Source of the DNA: Vicugna vicugna
Taxonomy: Eukaryota
Assembly: GCA_013265495.1 (NCBI GenBank)
Contig: MU058531.1
Coordinates: 1,170,678 to 1,233,344, forward strand
Reading direction: 5' to 3'
DNA: 62,667 nucleotides
Made by a program: the position numbers and the translations under genes. Under the pieces are notes generated by a model that saw only the letters and a list, made by a program, of their open reading frames with translations, searched no databases and was not told the DNA's origin. This document shows positions 24,643-36,720 of this stretch, one piece after another. Position 1 is the stretch's first letter, and every line of letters begins with the position of its first letter.

Positions 24643-26186
24643 CATCCCCAGCTAGAGAAGGACATAAGGGCTGGGAGTGACAGAATCAGCAGGCCAGCTC
24701 AGAGGGTGGAGATCTCTCCCAAGGTAAACACTGGATTTTCCCAGTGCCCAGGGCCACCTGGAAATCTTTGAGATGCTTGTAAGTTATAAAGGGCTAACAA
24801 ATTGTAGAGAGGCTCACCATAGGGCCTGAAAGTTCACGGCCCCAAAGCAGGTGTAACAAACACCTGCAGAAGACAAAGCTGCTTCTTGGCAGCTAGGCGC
24901 ACTTGTCGTGGGAAGTAGGGTGGTCAGGCCAGCTGTCTGCTCTTAAGCCCTTCCTCCCTCCCCTCCTCCCTCCCTCCCTTCCTCCCCTCATTTTATCACC
25001 CATTAACTAACCCAGAAACATGTATTTGAGTTCCTTCTATGTACCAGGAACCCTGCTTAGATACTATGGTTACAAAGACAACCTTTCGTCTCTGCCCTAG
25101 AGGACGTTGCACCATTTTTACAGATCATTCATTCATTTATTCATTCATTCGACACACATTTATGAGTTGCTGGGTTAGGAAAAATAAAGCCCCCTGGAAT
25201 TGGATCTTACACTTATACATGCCCTCCACAATTAGCAACTCCCTTCTGCCAAACATGTAGAAGAAATACACAGTTCTTCTGTAGACTGATTACAGAATCA
25301 TTTATGATTCCCTTTCCCCACCCCTTTCCCAACTCCTAAACATACTCTTCTATTCCTGTGTCCACTAATTTTTCTCCCCAAAAAGGGAAATAGTTTGTGC
25401 CTGAAATTTTAAACTCCCTGATTTCAGACAAGGCCTGGGAGAGTATAAATAAGCATATGAATATTTAGCAAAAATGACTGCTATGCAAAGCTCGAAGCAC
25501 TGTTGTCATAATGCAGAGCCCGCTTTAATCGCAGCCACAGGGAAAGCATTTGTCGCTGTCTTATCACAGAGGAATGATTTTCCCCTTGGCAATGGCAGCC
25601 CGCCAGCTGGCTGTGCAGCCAGTGCCTTCTTGGTCTTTCGGGTCACAGTATCAGTTGGCATGCTCCACCACCGCCAGGCACTGACATTTCTATTTTTGCA
25701 GGAGGCACCAGGTCAAGAAACAAAACTGCAGAATCACAGACTAATTCTTATTTATATTGAATGTGAATCTCATTTTGGCTCAGAAGCCTATGAATTTGCA
25801 GCCCTTCTAGCTCAATACATTAGAGATGACTCGGGAGCTTTGTTGATCGAAGTAGTCTGATAGTTTTGGATCCTCTCATTCCCTTTAAATTCCCAAGGTG
25901 AATAGTAGAGAGTGTCTCTGTAAATGTGCAGTAAGTTGCCATTTCTAAACAAAGCAGCAGCTCAGCTGGGGCACCGCTTTCATCCAAGCCCAGCTCAGTG
26001 TGAGCGCGATGAGTGATGGCGCATATGGGGAAACAAAGTCCTCTGGGAGACGGGTTTGGAACCATCATTAGTTGCCTCCCTCGAAGAAGGCTGCCAAGGG
26101 TTCCTTCAAACCTTTACATGAGACAATTCATAGCCGTGCAGACTCCATGATAACTGTGTCTTGGAGATATTTTAGGATTAGATTGG

Positions 26187-27272
26187 CACTTCTGATTTTA
26201 GCCAAGATGGAGCAACAGGGCCAGACTTACTCTCCCACATTAAACAAAAACTGGACAAAATATATAAAATAACAGTTGTCAAGACACTAAACACCAGACA
26301 GTAAAGAATCCGTGAGAGCTGGGAAACAAACGGGGTGAGCACTAGGGCTGTCATGGCTTACTGAGGTGAGTGATTTCCCAGGCTGCAGTGCAGTGGTGAG
26401 GAAGACACAGGTAGCGTTCAGTGGACTCCTTGAGTTGAGGGATGGGGCTGAGAGTCTGAGAGACCAAGGCAACTAGAGTTTGCAGGACAGAATACTGGGG
26501 AGGAGGAGACACATGCAGAGAGCACTCTGACCATCTTAAGAGACTCCTCTCTGAGTATTCAGCTGAGAAATGATCAGTGCATGAGTGTGAAAAACCGCAT
26601 GAAGCTAGGGAAAGAAGCACCCAAGAGGATTAGAGGTAATACTGCCCAACAATCACATACAGCTAGGAATAGTACCTGTTCCCACAAAACAGACTGGAAA
26701 ACCTCATTATTCATGGAGCATTGGGTAAAGTACACAGAAAGGGCTTATTTCTGGAGTGGGGAAAAATTAGCCCTCCACTGATCACTGCTCCAGTCCTGCC
26801 AAATTTTAAAAGCAAGACTCAAAAGGATCAAAATATTTCTAAATAACTGGGTCCCAGGAAAAAAATCAAGGATGTTTAGAGGAATACAAAAATATTCAGC
26901 ACCCAACAAAGTAAAATTCGCAGTGTCCGGCATCTGGTGAAAAATTGCCAAGCATGAAAAGAAGCAGGGAAATACAACTCTTAATGAGGAGAGAAAAACA
27001 ATCAATTAAAACCAACCTATAGCTCACACAGATGTTAGGACTAGCAGACAAGAACAGTAAAACAGCTATGTACTTTCAGCTACTTTCCATATGTTCAAAA
27101 AGTTAAGAGACATAGAAAATACATTTTTTAGATGACTTCAGTTTCTGGAGATGAAAACTACAATGTGTGAGATGAAAAATACTTTGGGTAGGATTAATGA
27201 CAGATTAGACATTGCAGAAGAAAAAATTAGTGTATTTGAAGACAGAACAATAGAAACTATTCAAAATGACAC
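26187..27272 (+). mobile_element. Ancient L1 5' end (5'UTR plus ORF1 N-terminal remnant; L1MC/MD-type)
   Basis: Starts cacttctgattttagccaagatggag (L1 5' YY1-like start). ORF 27151-27339 MKTTMCEMKNTLGRINDRLDIAEEKISVFEDRTIE resembles the L1 ORF1p coiled coil. Confidence 0.85.
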
Positions 27273-27699
27273 AAACTCAGCCATAAAGTGTAGGTTGATA
27301 AATTTAACTCTTTATAAAAACAAGCATGTACACACATAATACACATTTACATGTCAAGAGACACCAACATAAAGCCAAATATAAACGACCAAGTCGGGAG
27401 GTATCATGTTTCAACAACAGCTTAACGTGCTAATAGCAAGTACAAATTGAAACAGGACCAACGGTAGAAAAATGGGCAAAGTTTTATTTTTTGGATAGAT
27501 ATTTTAAAGTCCACTGATGAAAGATAATTTTCTTTCATTTCCCTCTAACACCTCTAATATAATCATTATTACATTTTTTTGAAACTTCAGTCGTTTTCTG
27601 AATGTTCCTTCTGTATCTTCACGGTTTATTCATTTGGCCATCCGGAGATACCAAGTGCTCAATACAAATTTCACCATCGCTGGCTTCCCTGATAAGCCA

Positions 27700-28040
27700 T
27701 GTCTCAGTCCGTTTGGACTACTGTAACAAATACCACAGACTGGGTGGTTTATAAACAGCAGACATTAGTTGCTTACAGTTCTGGAGGTGGGGAAGTCCAA
27801 GATCTAGATGCCAGCATGGTCACCTTCTGATGAAGGCCCTCTTCCTGGTCTGTAGTCGGTGCCTTCTCACTGTGTCCTCACATTGTGGACGGCTCCAGTG
27901 GGCTCTCTGGGACCTCTTGTATGAGGGCACTGATCCCTCAGGGCTTAAGCACCTCCCAAGGGCCCACCTAATACCATCACATCGGGCAGTAGGATTTCAG
28001 TATATGAATTTGAAGGGACACAAACATCCAGACCATAGCA
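27700..28040 (-). mobile_element. MLT1A-type MaLR solo LTR
   Basis: tgtctcagtcc...ttctggaggtggggaagtccaagatc...gggacacaaacatccagaccatagca; TG..CA termini. Confidence 0.88.
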
Positions 28041-29129
28041 TTCTTTAAAGACAAGTCTAGGGTTGAGCAGTAACTTCAAGTTGACCCTCTTCTACCTTCA
28101 CAGGCTACCCAGGGGCAGACACCATTAGCTTATACCCAAGTCTGTTTAACTCCTCAATCTTGGCTCTTCTTATTCCCAATGAGTGGGTCTGTGATGTACC
28201 ACAAGTACCTGCCACATCTACTGGTGTTACTCCCTGACAGACGTCACTGATCACATCACTCTTTCATGTTGAACCTCTAAAACTTGACTCTTTTTCAAGA
28301 CAGATGGCAGCACCTCAAAGAGATGGTGAGGTGACCGTCACAGTCCCTGCCCAGGATGGATCTAGGTTGGCTTCTACTCTGGGGGGCATTCACCATGGAG
28401 TTCAGGGCCTGCATTCCGTCCTCCCCCAAATGTTCCAGTTGCACTCACACTGCCAGTGCCCCAACTGATGCCTTTCTAAGTTCCTTGATCTCCCAGTGTT
28501 GATGGAAAACATATCCTTAGGAAGCAAGTAACGTATTTCTATTTTATTTTATTTTTATGCTGCTTCTAACCCAGAGGAGTCCCTCAACTCTTCTGCTTAC
28601 AGGATTCCCATTACGTCTCCATGTTTGTAAGTATTTGTCCTGAACCAAAGTCAGCCTGGATTTACATTTGAAATTTCCTAAAATGTAGAGAAAAGGAAGA
28701 GGAAGGAAAAGGATGTTATTGTTGTTGAATGCCTGTCTGCTGAGAACAGCAGAAGGACCATTTTTGGTTTTGCCGAAATTAGCATTGCTAGATAAATGAG
28801 AGCCTTATATCTTCCCGGTTGCCAGGAGAGCATGCCAGCTAATTTTAGCCCACTGTGTAAATATAACCAGCACTGGTATGCACTGGCCTTTAACACCGAC
28901 AAGGCTCAGTGACATCTGGTAGCAGCCAAAGAGGTGCCCATACTACCCCAGGATTGACTGGGCTGCCTGGGCCCTAAGGCCCCTGCTCCTCCTAGATATA
29001 TTGATTTTCCACTTGGAAATGACCTTGGAAATCCTTTGGCCTGACCCCAAGCACCCAGCATGGCCACCTCGACTTCTCCAAGCAGAAAGCTGCCCCAGCA
29101 AAGGCAATTTTAATAAGGCAACATCTTTA

Positions 29130-29420
29130 ACGAGTTAATACTTATGTAAATTAATATGTAAAGCATTTAGACGAGTTCCTGGCAGATGATAAATGCTTAA
29201 TCAGTGTTAACTATTGTTTTGTCACTGTTGTGGGTTGAAATCACAGCTCCTCATTTACTAGTTGGATGACCTTAGGCAAGATGGTGTAGGCTTCAGTTTC
29301 TTCATCTGTACAATGGGCATGAGCGAAAGCCCTACCTGATAAGGTTGCTGTGAGCACTGGATGAGCTGACACAGACAAAAGGTTCTGGCTCCTGCCTGGT
29401 ACGCATGTGTGTCTGTGATA
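29130..29420 (+). mobile_element. Two adjacent MIR fragments
   Basis: tgtaaagcatttagacgagttcctggcagat; gaccttaggcaag...cttcagtttcttcatctgtacaatggg. Confidence 0.7.
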
Positions 29421-30439
29421 TGGAACTTGTTCTTATTATCTCTTCAGACACTTGAGAGTCTGAATTTTCAGTCAGCAGTCACACTGACAAACCATGCAAC
29501 TTAGATTTTTCCAGAAACAATTTCAGAGTGGCTAAAGAAATTTAGAGGCAATGTATACATGTTGATTGTCACTGTTTTTTTTTTCTTGCTGGCTACTGAG
29601 ATGAAGATAATGATAAAGACACAATGATTTTCCAATATGTAAAAATAATCATAGAACAGGGTTGTAGAAAGAAAGGGACTATTTCTGGGTTGGTTTCATT
29701 TTCCCCTTTTATCTTGTTTCTGAGTGGGTTTTGTTTGGTTTTGTTTTTAATCTCAAAGTTGGTTACTAGAATAAGAGTATGATAGAGTAATGGCTAAAAT
29801 GGACTCGCCATGCTGCTCTTCTGCTCCAAAGGTCCTTGAAAGACAAAAATATAACTGAGGTAGGTAAAAATGGCATATGACTTCTCTGCAGAGTATACGT
29901 ATGTGAAGAAAGCCCTGAAGGGACTAATACACACCGGTGGCTAGTCCCCCAAGCTCTCCTCACTGGTTTAAGTGCGTATCATGTTATTTCTTTTTGGCCA
30001 CCAGTGAACTGTGCTAGCTATGCTTTGGCTTTGGCTCATATTAGTTATTATTATTTTCTCAGCCAGCCAGGCGATTGGTACAAGTTAGTAACGTGGGAAG
30101 GGCGTTGGTTCAGAGTTTTAAAACTGTCCACAGAGCAACTGCAAAGCAAATACTATGTAAGTGTGGACTACCACTAGATGACTTTCTTTTCACTGTAAAC
30201 TCTTTCTCCTATTACAAAGTGTCCTCCCCGGAGTTTTCCCTCATTCGTAGTTTCTTTTAGAGGCAGAGACTTCATGGTGATGACAGAATTGCTGTGTGTG
30301 GTCTTTGGCGAAACCCTCTCTTCTTCTTCTCAGAGACTCTCAGGGGAGCCGTGATCAAACTGTGCTCCTGCGTGATAACAGGTCATGACAGGCAGGGAGG
30401 TATTTCTTTTCTCCACCTCGAACTGCAGTATGAGGAGAT

Positions 30440-30750
30440 TTCTCTTTATGGCTCTAGTGAAAAGTGGACAAGCCTAGAAATCACATAGACTGACTTTAAA
30501 ACCCCACTCTGTAACCCACAAGCTGTGCGACCTAGGGTAAGTTAACTTAATCTCTCAGAACCTCTAAACAGGAACAGTGGTCCCTACTTTGCACACTTGC
30601 TTTTAGCCCAATCAATGTTAGTGCTTTGCACACCTAGTTCTAAGCCTCACAACACCTCTGTGAGGTGGGTATTATTATGAGTCATATTTTGTAGAGAAGA
30701 TAACCAAAGCTGGCAGGTGATTCCAAAGCCCTGTGTTGCTTCTGTAAGAC
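30440..30750. mobile_element. MIR fragments (plus then minus)
   Basis: gctgtgcgacctagggtaagttaacttaatctctcagaacctc; ctcacaacacctctgtgaggtgggtattattat. Confidence 0.6.
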
Positions 30751-31554
30751 TTCCAGAGTGCCACCCGTGAATGCTGCGTGTGGTGTGGAGAATGGCCCCC
30801 CTGAAAGGATACTGACATGTGTGGAAATTTGGTTCAGATCCTCCAAACACTGCCCCAGTACTTGCTACTGGGGGAGGCAGAAGAGAGACGATGAATGTAG
30901 CCTCCCTGCATCCGTCCTCCTTTCTACCTATCTGGCTCCCCTCTGCCCCCGCTCTGTGTTAACGACAGTTTCTCTGAACTGGAGGTAATTCAATTGACTA
31001 CAAAAGCTATTCCTTTTAACGTAGCAAGATTTTCATCTCATTTCTTCTGTCAAAAGATCTTGTTGCTCAGTCCCTACCTCCACCCCTGCCACAGACATAC
31101 ACGTGCGCACCCACATGTGCACACAGGCACAGGCACAGGCACACACCTTCTCACCCCTCAGTTCCATCACCCTGCCATGGCTACAGAGGTGGGCACAAGA
31201 CTTTTCCTTGCAGGGATGCTGAGTTGAGTCTTCTAGGGCCCAGAGCCCAGCAGCGTGGAAAAGGCCTGTCTGCAGTAGGGAATTCAAGGGCCAGTACAAA
31301 AGAAGCAGAGACCCAGCAGGAATGAAAGACACCCTCCAGAAGCCTGGCTGTTCATCTCTTTCTTCAATTCTGCTAACTTCTCAGTCTCCCTCCCTCTCAG
31401 TTACTGGAACCAGTTTGAGAAAGCAAATCGGAGTTGGGTATTTACAGCCAGCGGAGTTCTATTTTAGTATCTTCAAGTCTTCCATCAGACAGTTGAGGAG
31501 AAAGAGAATCCTAAAGGTAAATAGACTTTGCATGTTTCTGAGGATGACTCTACG

Positions 31555-32790
31555 CTCAGTCATTCAATAAACTTTAACTGAAGGCCGACTCCATGCCAGA
31601 CACTGTACTGAGGGCTGGCAGCCCAAGGATGAATAAGACATGGTCCCTGCCATAAAGGAGCTTACAGTCTTGAAGAGGAAGACAGACGCTGAGTGAAAAC
31701 ACAATCAGATGTCACCTGAGTTTTTTTTTTAATAAAGGTCATGAGGAATTATAGGTATGGGAAGAAACAAAGTAGTCAGTTTTTCCCGGAAGGTTCAGGA
31801 AATGCTTCAGAGAGATAATGACCCTTTTGCTGACGTTGGAAAGCCAAATGTGGTCTAGGCCTCTGCTGTTCTAAGTGTGGTCCATGGACCAGCAGCATCA
31901 GTATCTAGAAGTAGAGAATCTGCGGCCCCATTGGAGACCTAATGAATCAGCATCTCAATTTAAACGTGATGCCATGTGAACCTTTGAGAAGTGCTGATCG
32001 AGGCAACAGGAAGGGCAGAGGGCGAGGACTTTCAGGCAGAGGTACCATTTTGCACAAAGGCTGGCAGATATGAGAGTGCACGATCTGTTCGTGAGACTGT
32101 AAACCACAGCAGAGAGTGTGAAGGAGGATGTGGCACAAATGAAGGCAGGGCCAGCCCACAGAAGGCCTTGTAATCCATGCGGGGAGAGCTGGACTTTATC
32201 CTCGAGCAACAGGAGTCAATAAAGTATGTAAAGTAAGAGTGTGACGACATCGGATTGCATGGTTAAAAGCAGAGTAAGAAATCTTTCTGGCCATCAGAGC
32301 AGTAGATGAAGTTTGGACACAATCCCAGTTAGGAGGGAGCCACTGAGAGATTTAAGGAAAGAGAATAACATGATTTGATGGATGCGATGTGATGCGATTT
32401 ATTTTAAATTCTTAAAGCTAAGTGCCTGGCAATAGTGTGGAAGATGGATTGGAGAGAGGGTAATTCCAAAGGCGAAGAGGCCAACTGGCATACTCTTATC
32501 CTAGCAAGAGATGATGAAAATCTAAACTACAGAAGTGGCAGCATGGATGGAGAGGAAGAGATGGTTTTCTGAGAGAAAATGAGATGGAATCTGCAGAACT
32601 TACTCCATGATCGGAAGCTGCGTGCCAGAGTTGGGTGGAGCAAGGATTTCTGGTTTAGATGACAGAAGAGATATTGTAGAAGAGTTACTACTGGAAGGAA
32701 GGATACTGAGTTCTGTTCAGGGTCTGTTGAGTTTGGGCTCTCCGGACGCCATATACATGGAGATAAATGGACACGACACGTTAGCATCAA
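31555..32790 (-). mobile_element. L2 LINE fragments interrupted by MER5A
   Basis: tcattcaataaac...gaataagacatggtccctgccataaaggagcttacagtct...tgagttctgttcagggtctgttgagtttg. Confidence 0.8.
31862..31996. mobile_element. MER5A DNA transposon (internally deleted)
   Basis: aagtgtggtccatggaccagcagcatcag...tgaatcag...tttgagaagtgctg. Confidence 0.8.
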
Positions 32791-33236
32791 ATACCAACCT
32801 TCCTATACCAGGCCTCTCTTGAAATCCCTCAATTAGAACCTTTTTTACTTACTTAGAAAGTATTTAATTAATCCCATAAATAATTAGCTCTGATGTAGAA
32901 TTCAGTGGCTGTGAACTCAGACTCCACTGCTTAAAGCTAACCTTCTACTGGTTACCTCTACTTACTGCACACACAGGATGGAAAGCCATTGGAGATCAGC
33001 CGAACTCAGAATGTGATTCTGAGGACAGAACAGAGGACTTCTTTCTGTCCTCCCTAAATGCTCTCGGGTCCCTGAAGCTTTAAGCACAATTCAACTTGAT
33101 AAGTAATCGCTGAGCAGCTGGCATGACAAGCACAAGGTTGGGCTCTGAGGACGAAACAATCAGCAAGAGGGACGGTGTTCTCAGCCTCAGTGGGCTTTCA
33201 TCTGGCAAGGAAGACAGCAGTTAAATGGAAAATAAA

Positions 33237-33890
33237 TGTAGCAGATGCAAAGATCTTCTGTTAGTTCTCCTTCAAGAAAAGACTTGCTGCCCAGCTATCA
33301 AGAGTGTGGTTAGCTAGCAACCTCTTAGCACTTAGCACCTTCAGGTCTACCTCAGCTTGCAAAGCCAAGGTCACACTATTCTCAGGGCAGCTCTCAGGCA
33401 ATGGCTGAGCAAAGGCATGGTAGCTGAGAGCATGCACTTCTTGGGGTGACCCCCCCCCCCGCAGCTAGAGTTGCCAGCCTTAGCAAAAGAAAACATAGGA
33501 TGCCCAGTTAAATTTGCATTGTGGATAAACAATAAATATTTTTTAGTTTAAGTGTGTCCCAAATATTGCCTGGGACATACTTACATTAAAAAAGAATTTA
33601 TCTGCAAGGCAAATTTAAATGAGCATCCTCTATTTGATCTGGCAGCCTGACTCCCCAGGCTACGACCGAGCAAGGCAGGAATACACTCAGTCTCAGGCTC
33701 TGTGAGTAGGCAGTCTTTGCTCCAGAGCTCTTGTTGGCTTGGCAGAGACTTTGTCATGTTTTCATCCTGTTCTATGGCTCTCTCCACAATCCTGATTTGT
33801 CCCCTCTTCCTTTCACAAGTATTACTCCCCAATAAGTCTTCTGCACTTCTAACTCCATTTCAGCATCAGCTTCTTGGAAAATTCAATAGC
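33237..33890 (+). mobile_element. LTR16-type ERVL LTR (5' LTR), interrupted by MER53
   Basis: tgtagcagatgc...ctccttcaagaaaagacttgctgcccagct...actccccaataagtcttctgcac...cagcttcttggaaaa. Confidence 0.7.
33465..33649. mobile_element. MER53 palindromic hAT MITE
   Basis: ctagagttgccag...aggatgcccagttaaatttg...gtccca/tgggac...aaatttaaatgagcatcct...tctggcagcct; near-palindrome over its length. Confidence 0.88.
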
Positions 33891-33912
33891 TGGTATCAAG
33901 AATGACCTGAGA

Positions 33913-34037
33913 GGGAACTATATTCAATATGTAGAATGAAAACGAACATATATGTGAATGTCTAATTGAATTACTATGCTGTACACCAGGAACTAACACA
34001 GTATTGTAAATCAACAACACTGCAATTAAAAAAAAAA
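33913..34037 (+). mobile_element. Short L1 3' end with polyA
   Basis: Perfect 15-bp TSD aagaatgacctgaga at 33898-33912 and 34038-34052; gggaactatattcaatat...tatgctgtacaccagga...polyA. Confidence 0.9.
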
Positions 34038-34929
34038 AAGAATGACCTGAGAAAGCAAATGCCAAGACAAAGGTCTGGGGACAGGATCACTCAGCACCCA
34101 GCTGGTTATGAACACCTCCCATCCTTGGTGTAGGTGGCATGCAGATAACCCTTGGCAGGAGATGGGGGTCCAGTTGTCAAAAGTGTCACCAATAGTGAGC
34201 TGGGATGGCATATAGACAGTGGGGGATGCACTGACTTGGGAACTGGAGATGAACACTGGGGTTTGTAAGCGTAAAGACAATGGAATTAGATGATTCTCAG
34301 TAAGTTCCTTGACACCCTACAGGAAGATAATGAAAAGCTGAGAACAGGTAACCATTGAAACTAAGTGTGAAAGGAATCTCTGTTAAGAAGCCTTCCTACT
34401 ATGGGGAGCAGAAAAGCTGAAGGTGAAGTATAGGACTTAATGGTGTTACTGAGCATCAGAGACCATTGAATGTTCACCCAAGGACAGGGCCTAGTTGGCA
34501 AAACCTGGGGCCGTGACACACAGGGTTGGAACATTGAGGTGGATGCTTCCCAGACTCCTCGGAACCATCTGAGCCTGCCAGAGTGGCTCATGCCTCTCCA
34601 GTAAGAACCAGCACATTCCTGCACAGGAAGACTGTGCAGAGGGCTTGCCCTTAAAAGGCAGCAGGTGGCTCCCTCTTCCTCTCCTGGACGTTAGGCCCAT
34701 CATTAGGGTCAAGTCACAGTATAACCCAGTGAGGGATATGCTGGGCTTGTTAGGGAAGAAAGTGGCCACAACCCCAAAGGAACTGCAAGATGAGATCAGG
34801 TGGTTTGATCAAGAGAACTGGAACATACATCTGGATAAAGGAGAGTTTTGTTTTGTTTTGTTTTGTTTTGTTTTGTTTTTACTTTGGTCACTCTTGAGAT
34901 ACAGGAAACATTATAAACTTGCTGTGAGT

Positions 34930-35489
34930 TTGGCATTACTTATAATAGCCAAGACATGGAAACAACCTAACTGTCCATCAACAGATGAATGGAAAAGATG
35001 TGGTATATGCATCAATAGAATACTACTCAGCCATAAAAAAGAATGAAATAATGCCATTTGCAACAACATGGATGGACCTAAAGATGATCATACTAAGTGA
35101 AGTAAGTCAGGCAGAGAAAGACAAATACCATATGATATCACTGACATGTGGAATCTAAAAAACTGAGACAAATGAACTTATTTACAAAACAGAAAGAGAC
35201 TCACAGACATAGAAAACAAACTTACAGTTACCTAAGTAGGAAGCGGGTAGGGGAAGGATAAATTAGGAGTTTGGGATTAACAGATACAAACTACTGTACA
35301 TAAAATAGATAAACAGTAAGGATTTACTATATAGCACAGAGAACTATATTCAATATCTTGTAATAACCTACAATGAAAGAGAATATGAAAAAGAATATAT
35401 ATACATATGTATAACTGAATCACTATGCTGTACACCAAAAACTAACGCAACATTGTAAATCAAATATGCTTCAATTAAAAAAAAAACAA
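34930..35489 (+). mobile_element. 5'-truncated L1 (ORF2 end plus 3'UTR plus polyA)
   Basis: Encodes [20 protein letters not shown]; complete 3'UTR ending ttcaattaaaaaaaaaacaaaa. Confidence 0.93.
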
Positions 35490-35797
35490 AAACTGGCTGC
35501 TAGGGTGGCTTCCAGAAGCCTGGAGAAAGCAATGGCCCAAGCTGAATGGTGGAAATGCAGACATAGGGGAAGAATGAAAAGGCCCAGGGAAGTGGGCTTG
35601 CTGGGATGGGTGTATTAGTGAGGCCAGAAGACCGGAGGACACATACCTACCAAGGCCACTGAGAATGTGCCAGCGAGAAGGCACCACCAGCATCACAAAG
35701 CGGTTCAGTGGTGGCCCTCTGCTGGGGCCAGGGCTGACAACAGAAGAACCTAGCACAAAACCTGCCTCACTGATGGCAATGGGGATGTTTCTTCCCT

Positions 35798-36252
35798 CTT
35801 CTGGGCTGGATGGTGGCCACCACATGTACATATATATCCACCCCCTAATTCCTGAAATCTGTGAACATTACCATATTTGGAAGAGAGTCTTTGCCGATAT
35901 GAATAAGTTCAGGATCTTAAGATGAGGAGATCGTAATTAATTACCAGATGGGCCCTAAATGCCATCACGTGCATCCTGATAAGAGGCACAGAGAAGAGAC
36001 ACAGAGTAGGGAGTGTGAACATGGAGACAGTGACTGGAGTTATGCAGCCACAAGCCAAGGAGGACCCGAGCCCTCAGCCACTGGAAGAGAAAAGGAACAA
36101 ATTCTCCCCTGGAGACTTCTGAGGGCGTGCAGCCCTGCTGACACCTTGATTTTGAACCTCTGGCCTCTAGAATTTGGAGAGAAGACATTTCTGTTGTTTG
36201 AAGCCACCATGTTGGTGGTAATTTGTTGTGGCAGCCACAGGACACTGATACA
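35798..36252 (+). mobile_element. MLT1C/D-type MaLR solo LTR
   Basis: gggccctaaatgccatcac...gcagccacaagccaagga...cagccctgctgacaccttgatttt...ttgttgtggcagccacaggacactgataca. Confidence 0.88.
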
Positions 36253-36389
36253 CTGTCCTGGTCTTTTCACTGATGTCACTCCCTAGTCTCTTCTATTCTT
36301 GACTACAATCCTGCATCCTCTTCCTGCAGCACATGACCTGCAATAGCAGGGTATAATAATATAACTAAATTGTAGGATTGGGGAGAGTA

Positions 36390-36720
36390 TCTAGGAAGGA
36401 TATTTAGCCCAGTCTTGGGGGAGTGGGAGGGCAGCAGGGAGGGCTTTCTGGAGGAAGTGACATCTCAAGTGGCCTGAAGGGTAGGTAGAAGTCAGTCAAC
36501 TAAAGACATGCCAGAGACACAGTGTAACATCCTCAGGGAACCAAAAAATATTCGGTATGGGGAGCAGCTGTGGGAGGTAAGGGCAGTGAGACAAGCAGAG
36601 GCCAGATCAAATGGCTTTGTAAGTGATCCTAGGACTTTGTACTTAATCCTAAAAGGATTTTAAACAGAGGGTGCCATGATCAGCATTTCACGAATAAAGA
36701 TTAATCCCTGTGGCTTAAAA
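36390..36720 (-). mobile_element. L2 fragment
   Basis: gggagggctttctggaggaagtgacat...aggactttgtacttaatccta. Confidence 0.6.

Larger units (their letters stand above)
33891..35790 (+). mobile_element. ERVL internal remnant (ERV3-16A3-like leader/gag), interrupted by two L1 insertions
   Basis: Follows the LTR16-like sequence; tggtatcaagaatgacctgagaaagc PBS-like region; degenerate ERVL-type internal sequence resumes after the L1 at about 35490. Confidence 0.6.

Noticed and set aside
28296..28314. cagatggcagcac CTCF-like motif
   Set aside because: Lacks the conserved 5' CC of the core and lies in a probable old LTR remnant.
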